Shown: positions 1-15,000, numbered from the stretch's first letter. The stretch: 64,000 bases of DNA from Acanthaster planci (GCF_001949145.1 NW_019091356.1:1801667-1865666), one strand, 5' to 3'. The notes: a model not told the origin generated them from the letters alone. Translations and numbers: made by a program.

Positions 1-3000
1 AACAGCCAACATGCTCCCAGATGCATGCAGTCTGTGACTGGCTCCCCGTTTATTTTTTCCCTAATCATGTAAAGCAGCAACATCTGAATAGGGATCTGTG
101 CTGTTATAGGCCCAATGCCCAGTCCCCATTTCCTTCAATGTGTTCACCCTTGAGCAAATTTCAGGCACCTTTACAAGGCGTAGCAATTATGGTAATACGA
201 ACATGTTCCAGCAAAAATTCAATGCAATTACCAAGGATGCTCAAATCATAGGAAGAAAGAAAGACTTTATCGTATCAATGGCACAGGAGTGGATAGCGAG
301 AATTGAATCCCCGCACAGAAATCTGAGAAACTTCAAGGTTTGCTGCTCCAGACCTTGATTTCATTTCAGGCAACTTGCAAAATGCTGTACAATTTTTTTT
401 TCCCAAAGATCATGAAGCCCCTTAAAAATATGGCACTTAAAAGCCGTGCACTACCTTTCCTGTTTACAGCATTTGGAAATTTGTGAGTGCAGTAGTTATT
501 TTGAGTTAAGAGACTGGCAGCAATGGTGTCAGGGTGGTCGGCCAAGAGAACTGACTGAAGAAAATGAAAAAAAGAAATAAAAATGGGCAGACGGATGGAA
601 ATAAAATCTGCAACAAGATGAATGACTGCCTGAGGTTATTACACATACATGTACAGTAGGTTCCAAAAACCAGTCGAACAGTTCTCAGGTGGAAACTTTT
701 CCAAATTTACAGTTTTTTTTCTGAACCATTCTGAAATACAAGGGGACTCTTTGGATGGAACTCTGCCAGACATCAGTTTGTGGGGGAGGTCACAAGCTTG
801 TTAGGACAAATGTGTAGAAAAACAAATCGGATGAATCTAAAGCCGAGTGTCCCAGTGAACAAACTAGCAAACAGTTGGACAAATGGATGAATTGGACTGC
901 AGGGATTAGCCAACAGACAAAGCAGTAATCAACCCCCCCCTTACAAGTTCAAGCTAAGGCCGTACAGGAATATTCTTTATGAGTCAAGAGATGGGTGTGC
1001 ACGAAAACAAAAACAATACGTTCTTGTACCACTGCGTACTTCTCATTTCGTGTGGATGACAAGAGGTGTTCATAAAATTATAAAAAGCAGCAGAAAATGG
1101 TAGACGTGTGTCTGGAAAATCTGACCCTCTGCCTGCATTAAGAAGCAGTATCACGTTCTAAGGGACTGTGATTCTGAACTCTGTTCTGTGCCTTCTTGTG
1201 AGTACTCTTCCTTAGTCTTTTTCACATGTCAGACTTTGAAGTGAAAAACCTTGTAATCAACTACACATTTTAAGGCACCTTTAAGGCTAAGCACCAATAA
1301 CAGAACGAGTACTCAGTTTTTCCCTCAAGAGATTTTGGAAGTTTCCCTAGTTTTCAGCTCCCAAATTCAAAAAAACTTGCCGGGTGATTGTGGCAAATTA
1401 TGAGGCTATGAGCAGTGAGCGCGGAAAGAACACTGCAACAGAGCATACAGACGTGGACGACAGGACGTGGGTAGTGACTGATGAGAGAGTGGCTGAGTGA
1501 GGAAAGCATGCATCATGCAAGACAGGCACGGGATGACGGCAAACAGGAAGGATTGCAACAGCACAGGAGTTAAAACGAAGCTCGTTCAGGCAAATGTTTT
1601 TCTACATATATCCATTCAATGACCACGTTATTCTAACTGTTAAAAAAGACAGAACAAAAAAAGTGGCATACGTGAAACGCAAGGATCAAAATAACTCTTA
1701 TCTCTGGCCATGTTCTGGAGGCAGTGCTAAACCTGTAAGAGAAACGAGGATATCTCGCCATTAGATTACAGTGGGTCTGTTGTAAATGGATCTAAGCGGT
1801 GGTACCAAGACAATGCATCCATGCACAGAGCTTGCGAGATGTGTTTGGGGGGGTGGAAAAAAATGTCAAATGAGAGGGCAAGTTCGGGTGCAAAACCAAT
1901 GGTGACTAGATGCCAAACTCACGGTGGATTTCAACTTACTATTAACACCAACTACATGTAAAAATGTACAGTTTCATCTGGTCTTTTGTTTGTTACTATT
2001 TTTTTAATGTGGGTGATTCACTGGTAATCAAGAGCCTTGTTGGATGACAGACTGTGGTAGCTTGAAGCAAGGAACCGGTTTCCATACCACAGGTGATCTT
2101 GGGGCGAGCCTTTCCTTCTCCCCCATATCACAAATTCATTTTTCAAATCATACTCCAGCCAAAGTCAAAATCAAATCTGTAGAATCATGTATTCTTTAAC
2201 TTTGCCTCTACGATGGGTTATACAGTATGACAAACACAGGACATGAAATGTTACAACTGCAAACATATTTCCTGTAATGTGTACCACCGCATCAAATCAA
2301 CAGCTGTAGAAGATCGTACACCTTCAGTTTGGGTGTTAGCAACTCAAAACCGGATATCCCAATGGCTGTGGGGTTAAAATGAATTGGCTACAAGACAACT
2401 ACATGAACTCTGAGCAGAGATCCAAACTGATTGAGGAAAAACAAATGAAGAATTGAGAGCAGCAGCTTTTTAGCAGTTAATATAGCACTTTTTTCCCCAC
2501 GGCACAGCAAGAAACGTCAGTTGTTACGTATGCACGGTGCACATGTGCAATTGGTGCTCCTCAAGTTCTCCCTTGATATGGTCGGATGAGTGCAACGGTG
2601 TGAGATGAGACTTATTCTGTGGCTGCATGTTGGGGGGGTTATCAACCACAGACATTTTTTTATAGTACTAGTTAAATGATTTTCCAGTCTGCCGGCCTAC
2701 CGGATGCTATATTGGTGAAAGTCACATCAACCCATATCCACATTCTTTTACAGTCACTTGGAGAGTACAGAGTTTAGAAAATGGGGACCTACGTGAATGA
2801 AATGGCTCAACATTCTGAAGTGCTCAAATGAATTGCCGTACCCTAGAGGGAGCTCCATTTTAATCAATCCGCACACCGTCAAGTAAGTAAACCCTAGAGC
2901 AGGTTATTCAAAATCAACAAATAGGGCCAAATTGGAAACAGGAGATTTTGTGCAGTGAGTAGCACGTACAAGAATAGGGATGAGCGCAGATTTTATGGCA

Positions 3001-6000
3001 TGATCTATGAGTATGAGTGTAGGGGGTTGCTCATGTTCCCTGGGAGGAGGAACCGTAGAGCTGGGGTCCTAGCTCTAAGGAAGAGCCTACCAAGGAGTTG
3101 TCAGTGATCAGAATGACCGGACGGTAGCTGTTGGTGCTGATGCTCAACAGCGATAGACCAACAGACCCAACACCCGTTAATCATACTTCAGGGATCCAAG
3201 ATAAAGTAGCCGTGTAGTGAAACATTTATCGATAACAATAAGACGAAACCTCGCAGGTGGAACAACACAGTGAAATAAGAACCACAGTGGTCACAGCTTT
3301 GCATGCATCAGAAAAAAAAATTATAAAATCTCAAGCAAAAGGGAATTTTCTTTTGCCCTCTTTTTACACGAGGATTAAAAGGGCCACTTTTGACAACCAA
3401 GACCTATTAACTTGAAACTGAGGTCTCAAAATGAACACAATACAGGAATGCCACTTTTCCAAACACTGAAATAAAAATGGGATGCATAAAAAAAGGATGC
3501 AGTGACCCATAGAGCTTAACAAGGTGACTGCAACATCAATGTGTAGGCTTGACAAACACAGCCAGCCTTGAAATAAAGTTACTGGTATTAACTGGAAGGT
3601 CATTACCAAATGACCGATGACAGTTCATGGACAGGAAGTATGCTTAAAACAAACAAGTCAAATGAATTTGTGACTCCTGAGAATTTCAATCACTGAGGGC
3701 ACCAGATGTGGGAAAGCAAACCTCCCCCCCCCAAAAAAAGTAAACACTTTTAGGAGATCTGCAAGATTAAATCATTGTTGAGGTTCCATCCTGTCAGCTG
3801 TGGCCAGGTTAATTAAGGATAGCCCAAGGACGCGATGACGGAAGATGCGGGGGAGATTGATGAATTTTCTTCCCCTCTCTTCTTACCAGCTCAGTGAGAT
3901 GGGAAGCGGAGATTGGGAAACGGCACATGGCGCTGGCAAGTTAGTGACTAGGCGATTGAAAAAAAAAAAATGGAGAAGCGTAGCGAAGAGAAGTCCCGTG
4001 TGGCATGGGAAAAGTGGAGGGGATGCGGGAGATGATTTCAGTCAAAGACGGACAAGGTTTTTTGCCAAAATTTAGTGGACTGGGCATCCACTGCTTGTTA
4101 AGTTTCACAACATGTGGCAAGGATTACAGACCAGCTTTTTTCTGGTACGCAAGACACACACAACAAATGTGGATTACATGTACAAACATGCACTGCATGT
4201 GACCCTGAATTACGGGTGAAGTTTCCATCCACTGGTGACAAGCCAAAAACGGAAAAAGAAGAAATGAAAAAAAAAATGAAATGGTACTATTCAATGTTCC
4301 ATAGCTGTTCGTGTTCTGTTAACCCTCATCACATCCAAAGTAATGAAACAGGTTTTTTTGTTGCTGTAAGGGTGGAAACAAGCACAAAGACCAAACGTGC
4401 AATTATGAACGCACTTCCGACACCAGACAATGTGTTAGTCAACTGTATCTTTACTGCTAAATGACAAGCTCCATTACAATGAATGCTATGTGTACACCGG
4501 AACATAGGCGCAACTGAGGTTTACAGGAACGCTTTCACCAAAGAGTCCAACTTTCTTTTTTTTTCCTGAAAGTAAGCCGTTAGACAAGCGGTTAGAGGAA
4601 GCAGGGAAATTGTTCACAGTACCGGTAGGTATGCAGAGATGAACATACACGTTGAGCATGGGTATCCCTTCGTGACTCAGTGATTAACTTTTGCGTGTGG
4701 TCTTTCAAGCATCAGAATGCAAGACTTTGCAGTACACCGTAGCCGCCACTGAGGTTCTGAGTACCTGGGATAGCCCAAAGGAGCTTCTGTGATGTATATG
4801 TACAGCAGGGTTTGGAACAAAGCCTGAACGGTTAGCAAATATTTCTGTCATCTGACTTCTTTTGCTAGTTTTTTGCGATCACACTTTAAGCCTAAATTAT
4901 CTGATGTGCTTTATATATGCGTACTAGTGCGAGTAATTAGTAAAAAGTTGATTAGCTTTAGTTTTAATCAATTAATTAATAAACACCTGATGTCTGTGCA
5001 GTGCCACAAAAACAGACAAGGCAAGTAGTTCACAGATAAAAACCAGCAATATACCCCATGGGTACTCATCTAGCTGTATCTCAGGGGAAAAACAATTAAG
5101 TAACTGCCTAACAAAATAAGCAGTGTGCAAAAGCATGCCAGCCAAGATGCCATACAGCAAAAAATGGTGTTTTAAAGCAGAAAGAGAGAAAAAAATTGCA
5201 TGCGGGGAAAAACAGGACAAAAGCCAGACCCGACCACGGTCAATATCGATGCCCCCCAACACAAACAAAACCATAAATCTATCGGAAAAACATACAGAGG
5301 GCTCCAAATTAATGTTCCACTACTGGCTGCCCTGGTTTCGGATTTCAGCCACTCGCACACATGATGGAAACTGTGCAATCTGGTGAAAGACCTCACGCCA
5401 CGGATTGATCCGTGCAATCTGCTGGGTTTTTAGTCTGATTAAGCACCTAGCCACACATACTCCATCTAGCTCTACTGGCAGCTGTGCAGTTTTTTAATGT
5501 CCCGTCCACTTAAACATTCCTACCACATCAGGCTGTTTTCTATAATGCACACAACGCCAACAGAACAAGACATTTTCTGTGACTCGAAATTGTGACATCA
5601 ATGCAGACCCCAGCAAAGATTTGGAGTGGTGCGTATCGTACAGTTATTTTTAACTTCAAATTGGTAATGCCAATGGAATCAGGATTTGTTTTGTTTTTTT
5701 TAATCAAATGTTGAAGGGAGTGCTTTTGAAAATCTCAGGCAAGGGAACTGGAAGAAACTTTGATTTTTTTTTTTATATTACCAGAAGGGCTTTTATTTCC
5801 TGCTGAAAATTTCTAAATTTAAGAAATAATAGGGCTCTCACCAATCCCAGTCTTCCTTCTGAAACAAGATCTTTAAAATCAAACCAACAAAATATGACAC
5901 CTGATCCCAGATTATTCAAATCCAATGCAAAGAAAATGTAACTGTGTTCCAAACGCAAGAAAGCTTTCAAAGAATTCGAGAGTCCAATTACACTGTATAA

Positions 6001-9000
6001 ACCAGCTTCAATTTGAAATGACCAAAGCACACGTGCAAATACAGTACAGGCAGAATATGTACATGTATGTGGATGTGTATGAGACACCTTGAATAATGTT
6101 AGTAATGAAACACGTGGCAATCTCTCCGATTTTTTTTTAGTAAATCCTGCCACAAAAAAAAAAGAAATGAAAAAAGAAACCAGGACATGCCTCACAAGTC
6201 ACAGTCACACTAAAACAAGCACTGAGACACAAACAATCAAAACTCTATTAAAAAAAGAAAGAAAGAAATGCATTTGTGAGATGCCTACTGTGAGTTGATC
6301 AAAATGCTAAACGAGGAATTAATGCAGGGGGTTTGGAAAAGACATGGAAAAAGCAAAAAAAGGTGGCGTGTTACACATAAAAAAGCGGTTGGTTGGTTGG
6401 TTTCTCTTTCTAATAATGTTGGCATAGATTATTATATATTGGTGTAACCTTTAGGCCTACGGACCTAGCCCTCAGGGCTGGGAGGGAATCGAGGCACGTA
6501 CAGCTAGCTGCAACGGAAAAATAAAATGAAAGAAACACACAACTGGGGTTTAAATGTTTTTTTTTTTAGGTGGGTGGTAATGATACACTTGTTAGGTCTG
6601 TTGAGTGTACTCGGTCCTTTTACACTGTACATTGTCCTTCTGATAGTCAACTCCCATACCTCACATCAGCAAGTGTACTGGTCACTGCATACACGTACAA
6701 GCAGAGCCCATACAACATGGTTTCCACTGGTACTACTTAAAATGGTAATGGTAACCATGTAAAGCAAGAGCTGGTAATCTGGCTACACATACATAGGTTA
6801 AGAATCAATGTAGGTTAAAAATTAACGAATATACCAGTAGCTTCAGTGAGAGCTGAGTCACCTTGAAACGCAGTGCAACCTTCTAAGGCTCACTTGTACT
6901 ACATACGCCTATTTACAACTGCAGCGTACCGCGTATAAACATGTACATGTACGTCAAATTTTGGACGAAAGACACTTCGGTTGACATGTACATGAACATT
7001 GTACATGTACCAGTACAGTTTTCAGACAATTTTACAGTTTGTCCATGAATGCGATCCATTTTCTATACAGCATGCAGGATCCAAAAGTCATACACTGTGC
7101 GCGTTGCTACATGTAATTGCAGGCAGTAATGACTGCAGATATAAATATTAAATGTCATTCTAACCAGTACACATACTCGCTGTGCACTGGTATCAATTCG
7201 TGCATAACGACAGCCAAAACCAGGCTTTCTCTTTTCTGTTATTTTTTTTTTCCAGGCACTTTCCGGAAGATTGGTGTGGTTGTCCTAAGTGTCTTGGTAA
7301 ACTGACCGGGATGATTAATGAGAGTAAACAGCTAGGAGCTGCCACTTCCTATTTCTTCAACCCACGCGTTTACATCCATTCCATTCGCTGACAATTCACT
7401 TTGAACAAGTCAGCATTAGCCTTCAAACTAGACGTGCCAGTGGTCAGCCAATAACAGCACACAGATATATGAGAAAATAACCATTTGAATTTACTTCCCA
7501 CATTATGCATGCACGGTCAGCAGTACACGTACATGTACACATAAACTGGCGTCAGGGTTGGGCTAGACCCACACTGTACATGTGCATACTATCCATGTGT
7601 ACCTTTATATAAGGTTATTTCTATATTTTTCTCCGAGCTTCTAGGCCAGAAATTATAATTCCTACCAACCTCACTTCCACCAACCAAAACTGAAATACAT
7701 GCAGAGACATGCAATGTTTACCAATCAAGGCGCACACTGGTAAGTCGGGCAATCAGGACACAAGCATACACGCACACATTAATGTACATGTACATGCATG
7801 GGCAGGGGAAACCACTGGAAATCATCCTACATGTACAATACGACACAAAAACCTGTCAGTGCTAATAATGTGCAGTTGTACGCAGTACATGTATCGTGCA
7901 TGGTGCTGGGACATGCATTCCTATACATGAACAATTGTAATTGGGTAATGCAGTCATTTTACAAAAACCATCGGAGAGCAATGCACTGCCACGTACATGT
8001 ACACTGTACATGTATCCATGCATATGTTCAATGTACAGTACGTGCACACATATACATGTACATGCATGTACATGTACAGCCCTGTACATGTACATGTATA
8101 TGAGCATTTCATTCCAAACAAATGTACATTTCATCAGTCCTTTTGCAATGCAGAGAGATGCAGGTGTCACACTGTAGTCCCTGTTTGTTTTTGGCAATGA
8201 ATCCATTTTCATTGTTTACAGGTCTGTGTACCAGTACATATACATGTGTACATCAATTAACATTCATCTCCTTGCATTGAAACTAATGAGCATGCTGTTT
8301 GGAATGTACAGTCTCTGCTCACACTGACCCACATGCAGGACACCCATGAGTGAGTGTGTTTAATACACTGGAAAGAATGCCGCTGTAGTTACATGTACTT
8401 TGGAAATGACCAGTCAGTGACAGAGGTTCCGATTTTGGGGGAACTTTGTAAACAACACACCATTCAACCATTTGTCGTTTGGAATGCGCATACGTGTACC
8501 TACATAAATTCTGAGCAATACATCTCATGCATGTAGACGTACAGTGTACATGTACAGTAGATTTTGTTATCAATTCTTCACAAAGGGGGTGACATACATT
8601 TGTACTCCAGCTCGTGTCAGTGATAAATTGCTGAGTACACGATGTTCCCTGACAGCGAGCACAATGCCCAGCATTCAGTCAATGCACAAAGCAAGGCGTT
8701 ACCTGGCCAGGTTTCGGATTAATTATTAATGAGGAGAAAAATCCAGCAGATTTCCTGCCGGCCTGCGTGCTTTAGAGTTTGCACGCAGACTCGGGACTGG
8801 GCTCAAGTGCGGACACGTGTGGCGTCTCATGTATGGAAAAAAAAAGGAAGCGATGATCGGGGGAGGGGGGGGAGGATGGAACATGTCGGCATTGTTTGCA
8901 GATATTGGATATCGTTCCTATTCTCTGTGTTTTCTCATGCACTGCCGGGTACGGCGCCAAAGTGGTTCGTGTCTGAGCCTTTGCCAGGTACATATACATG

Positions 9001-12000
9001 TACATGTATGTGACCTGCATGTGCACTGTAAATTTGTATGGATCCCCTGAGGCAAAAATGGAAGCCACATATTCACCATGCTCGTACTGCTACAACGCAT
9101 ACACGTACAATGTATGTACCATACAAGCAGAAAGTGAACTGAATTGTTCATGTACATGCACTATCCATTATAATTACAGGCATTAACTGACATACACTGT
9201 AAAGTACCATAGTGTAAGGCATTAGCCTGTCCAGAGCAGCTTACACATAATGGAATATTGATCTGACACTGTACTGTTAAGTGTCTGGCAGATACATGTA
9301 CATGTAAGCCTTCGTGTAGGACATGACACATGGCACACTCCAAGACTAGGTCAGTGAACAGCCCATACAGTGTGCGCACATAAATTTACATTCATATATT
9401 CACACTCCAGCCACACAAGTACTCTGCCCCAATGCTGATCACACGCTTAAAACACAGGGTTAAGTGGGAGTGTGCTAGCAAAGCATACCGTCACTATATC
9501 ACACAGTGCTCTAAACTACTTACCAGAATTATTAGGCAATAAATTATTCTCGTAACAATTGAAAAACCACATGTGCATGTATTTGGGTAATTCCAGAAAT
9601 TAGGGGTCCAAAAGTGTGACATTGTCATGTCCCTGTTACATCTGACCTTTGTCATTTGACATGGAAATATCACCGGAATTAATTTCAAACTATTACCGTT
9701 TGTTTGGTAGGTAATCTGCATTCATTCATCACTCTTAGAAATTAGAAAATGTGCTCTGAACTTACAAAATCATATGTCACGTGTGACAGGGATACTGCAA
9801 AGACTCGTCAAGACTTTGACAATTGGGCTTGAGTGTTAGTGGGAAAATAACTGAGGAATGCGACGATTTCAGGGAGCTCAAATCTCCAAGAGTAACAACA
9901 CAGACAAATTTTTCTACTCTACTTCCCTTGACTTTCGAAACAGCCCGCAAATAGTTTCCAGCCGATAAGCAGCCTGGATCCACTTCAATAGATAATAATC
10001 CACAGACAATTTTTACGGGGAATAACATTCTTGAACAATGGTTTCAAACTACACTATTGTTTTGTCGTCAATGGCATGCACTTTGCCAAGCCCATGGACT
10101 GCATTCGACTGATAAAATGCTACAGAGCATGACATCTCTGAAGAATCCTCCTTCAAGGTTGCACAAGGGCAATATGCTGAGCCATCCCTGAAGTAAACAT
10201 TGCCATCAATTTGTTATACTCATGCACGCCCGATATTATTAACCCTAATGATAACATGCAAACAGTGCTTGGCCCCCAAGTTTGAGCATTATGCTAATGT
10301 AATTTTCAAAGGCCTTTGCATGCACACGTATGTAACCTGTCCAGGATAATAAGACAGGTCCCTTTGAGTGCATTTGCACTTCACTGCTTCCTTCTACCCT
10401 GCTGGTTTCGAAATTAACCAAGAGCAATTCCCAAGCCTGGAAATGAAAAACTCATTTCCTGGTAAGAGGGAAGTTGCTTATCTGATTACCTTATATTTAA
10501 TTCATTGCTAATGAAGATTGAAATTACATTTTGCCTTGAAGTAACGCTTGATGTTCCTAAACCTTTAAAGGCCTTGTGTGGCAATAAGGTACCTGTAGTA
10601 CAAGTAGGACCCCCTCAATATTAAATGTACATCTTTACTTTCTGCATATTTATGTCTTTCCAAAGCACTAAAAACATTTTTTTTAATCATTTCTACGTCG
10701 AGCATTCCCTGTAACCCCAACAAAATCCCAACAGAAGGTGCTGCCTGGTGGAAGATTTTACCAATCTCAGCTTGGAATCACTTCTTGCGTTTGTTCTGCA
10801 ACAATGCAGATCAAAACAGTCCAAACACCTTGAGGCATGGTTGCAAGTTTTTCAAGAGAATCTTGTTTCCATGTATGAACACACATGTACATGTAACTCT
10901 CAAGTTCACAATGAAATTTGCAGCACCAGAAAAGTTTGAACTTTGACACCATCACTGTAGGGTGGGAGGAAGGGGCCAATTAATCCAGCCGGCCTACAAC
11001 AATACATTCTGGTGGATTCAACAGTTCTTGAATGCAGGCTTTGGAAATGAAACGAGAGCAAGAATTTAAAGGAAATGTACATGGTCTACAGAACGTACAT
11101 GTACAGGTACATGTATGTATATTACATGCTTGATACAGATCAAAAGTAAAAATTAAACAATAGTAAAAATTTAAAATTAAAAATTTCAAGCCAATCCAAA
11201 TACTTTTTGGGAGATGCCACAGCGGGTACATATACATGTGCAGCAAATCTAGGTCTGCAAGTTTTTTTTTTTCCCTTCGTGTCACAACCTTTTAAAGGGC
11301 AGGCCTAATGAAACTTTCCGATTAGGACTGACTCGCGACAGTCTCCAGTTATCACATTCATGTCGAGCTTCACAAAGGCAATGATCACAGTTCCACTGGA
11401 TGGGAATAGGGGATACACTGTACCAGGTTATTAAAGCTAAATGCCATACGGCACACATGGTTCCCTGGAGGGCTGAAAATTATGCGAATGGGACGAATGT
11501 TATCTGGTATGAGCATAAATATGAATACAAATGAGCATGACGAGCTGGTGCAACACACGTGCACGATTGGAAGGGATTATCTATCACAGTATCTTACTCT
11601 TCAATGTCTTTTTTTGGAGGGGGGAGGGATCGGCACATACTGTGCATGTATGTATTTAAGAACATGATCGAGGATGTGGATGGAGGTTTCCCAACGGCCA
11701 AACTGTGACATAAATCTCCAAACAAAAAGTCTCGCTCTTTATTATTTGATGACATATTTTTTTTTTAAATAAAACAGACAGAAATTGCGGCCAGAGGGGT
11801 TTATTTCTATATCTTTTGTTTTTCTTTCCAAGTTCTTCAGTGTGAGTAGTCTGGGAAATGCTCAATCCCTACACAACCTAGTGAATTCCACAAGGCTGAA
11901 TCAATCTAAAAAATTATTGTTTGACTTGAGAGTGTAGGTGTCTACATGTTTTTTGTCACGATTGTTAACAGCCAACAACCCTTACAAGTCCCTAGATACG

Positions 12001-15000
12001 CCTCCCTAACCTATTCACAAGGAATTGTTCGAATTAGAACGCAGTGCCGTGCGGACTTGTTGGAAATGTCACATGGCTGGAGAGACATGTACATACATGT
12101 AGCATCCTCCACAGTCCTGGCCTTTCTTCTTTTGTCAGAGGACAGCGTCAGCATGATAACAAGACTGTAGGCTCGTAAATCTAATTAAGCCTGGGTCTAG
12201 GGACAGCGAGGTCAAGGCAAGGCAAGTATGTCAGTTTGGAGGAAAGTTGGACGGCCAAATTTGGGAAGCACAGGGGTGAACATACCAGCGATCAACTTGA
12301 GAGGAGAAGAGAGTGGGACGACTACGAGGCAAAGATGTCTTTTGACAGGTATCAGCATCCCTCCCCTCCCCATGTTTCTTCACAATTTGTCAGTTTTGAC
12401 ATCCCCCACCAAAAATTCATTTGACAGTTCTGCAAAATTAAATCCATTATCTTAATTGAAAGTTGTGCACGTTTGTAAATTTACCCAGAATCCTTTCTGG
12501 CCCTTTTGTTCCCCCGATCAAACAAATTAAGAAATCACTCTGGGATCAATAAGGCATTGGGGAGGACACGCGACCCATTTCCAAATCTAGCCTTGCTGCT
12601 GTACCAGCGCTCGCATGTTGACAGACTAAATTAACTTGCTTCTTTTCTGCCAATTTCCCATGCCCAACTAAAAGCAAGTCACACTCTCTCCAGTGCCGCT
12701 ATGAGGACGGCAAGTTTTCATTCAATTATCAAATTGAATCGATCTGATTTGATGCGAGGCTGACATTGTATGGATGCATTTTCAAACGTGTGTAAAGAGG
12801 CAATGTGACCAACACACATGTACACGTGTGCAGGCTCCAAATAGGTGGGTGGGGCAGAATTCATGTACAGTAAACAAATGTGCATTATAGCTGCAGCACA
12901 GGAAATGCAAAAAGATACACAGCAGGCATGCAATAATGGTGTGAGAATCGCAAGTACAAATTTCAACTGGTCATTTATTCACCATGCCACTTAAACCGGC
13001 TCCAACTCACTACAAACACATTACAAAAAGCGAAAGTGCGACAGTCACATGTACATCTAACGAGATTCCACAAGACTGATCTTTTTACAGCGCATGTACA
13101 TGTGGTGTACATGTACATGTATGTACGCGTACATGTTCCAGTGTCCACATGTACACTGCACCAGTACCTGTGTTGCTACGCACATGCAAATACATGTAAG
13201 TACTGCATATTTTATCAAACGGGCACGTGCATTACCTTGAGTCACAGACCAATTACAGACAGCACAATTCTTGTAATTACACCACTTATGTATCTGCACG
13301 TACCTGTCATGGTGTGCAATGTACATGTACGTACCAGTAAGTTAATACAGACAGTGCATATATTGCACTGACATTGAATGACAGCAACTTGGACAGTTTA
13401 ACTGCCTTGTTCTGAGCTTGTGTCATTTTTTGAACGGGTCTTCAGGGAAGCCGAAGAGATGAAAAGGCATCTGTGCAGGTATGGTACAGTGCATGTACCT
13501 GTCCAGATGCGTACATTAGCCTGTGTGTACAGGGTACATGTGCTTTATATTTATTGCTTCCTTATCTGCAGCCTTCAGTCATGTCAAAAGTGGTTCAAAT
13601 TACAAGGGATCTCTTTGGATTAAGCTAGAGGATGATCAACCCTATACCTCCATGATAAACCTCAAGGAAAACTCTCTTTGCCAGAAAGCTTCCTCACGCC
13701 TACAGAAAGTTCACTATGCAGTAAACTGGGAACACATCCTTGGTAAACAAGTAAACAAAAAAATGGCACAAAAGCCCTGCTGTCCTGAATCCTTATAAAC
13801 ACACACACTTCCTGGTATTGCATTCCAATGGAAGCAAACTAAAATGTTCAGAAGAATTGGTTTCCAACTTAACAGGACATGTACTGAATAGGTCCTTGCT
13901 AGGCCAACCAATGTTCACAATGTGTCAAGTTTTCTTATGGATGCAGAAAGGATCAGAATTGATTCAACACCGAAATCTTTGAATTACATGTACATGTTAA
14001 TGTACAATGTACATGTGTAATGTGCTTGCACATACCAACAGTAAATTTATGCACAATGTGCATGTAGATGCTTAAACATCTGTGCCCGAAAATTTGTGCC
14101 ATGGAATGCGACACACAGCATCAATTCTGAACTTCGCATTCAGCAGGTTCGTACTGCATGTATGTGCAGTGTATGTGTACAGAACACACTTTCTGCCTAC
14201 ACATAATCTATATCTGAGAACATCACGTACAATGTACAACTGTGTACATGTACATGTATGCATACAGTTGAAGGTAATTTCTAAAGATCTTCTGCATTCT
14301 CCCATAAATTAATGAGTGACTCAACGAACGTCTGCATGTGGGATGGCCCAGATTTTCCAAGAGCTGCATTTGGCCAACATTTCATTCCGAATACATCCGA
14401 GCCACGTATGAACCGTGCAGCACACTTCAGGGAAATTTCACACTCCCGGGCAGCAGACAAGATAATGGTGAATTCCATTAACCCAAAACCTGCCCATTAT
14501 TGTGGCTCTTCAGTGCGGGTAACATGAGAGTGGTTTGGCCTGGAGGGGAAATGCGTCACAAATATTGACCAAGTGGAAACTATTTTAAGATGTTTGTGAC
14601 AGTGAAACTCGTTTCAAGTTGCATTACCATACTGTACATGCATGTAAATCTCGGGTGTTAAAGATCCATGTACATCTTAAAAATAGGATTTCAAATGTCT
14701 AAGATATAACAATACATTTAAACAGGTGAATGATATCTCACTGTCTATGACATACATTTAAACAGGTGTATATCTCACTGTCTATGATATCTCCTTTTAT
14801 AATTTACACGTACATGTATATATACTTCCTTGAACGGCTGACTAAATAATATTCACAAACTGAATACAAATTGTACTCAAGCATGTATTCAAGCATGCAC
14901 TAAAACAGCTTTCAATCTTGCAATGCCAAGACTTTCTACATGTTCTAGATGTTTCATCACCTACAAAGTTCATTAACCCATACCAGGAACCAAAAATACT

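Noticed and set aside
7709..14312. Many short His/Val-, Cys/Thr- or Met/Tyr-rich ORFs
   Set aside because: Translations of the stop-free palindromic (TACATG)n low-complexity motif in intronic DNA.
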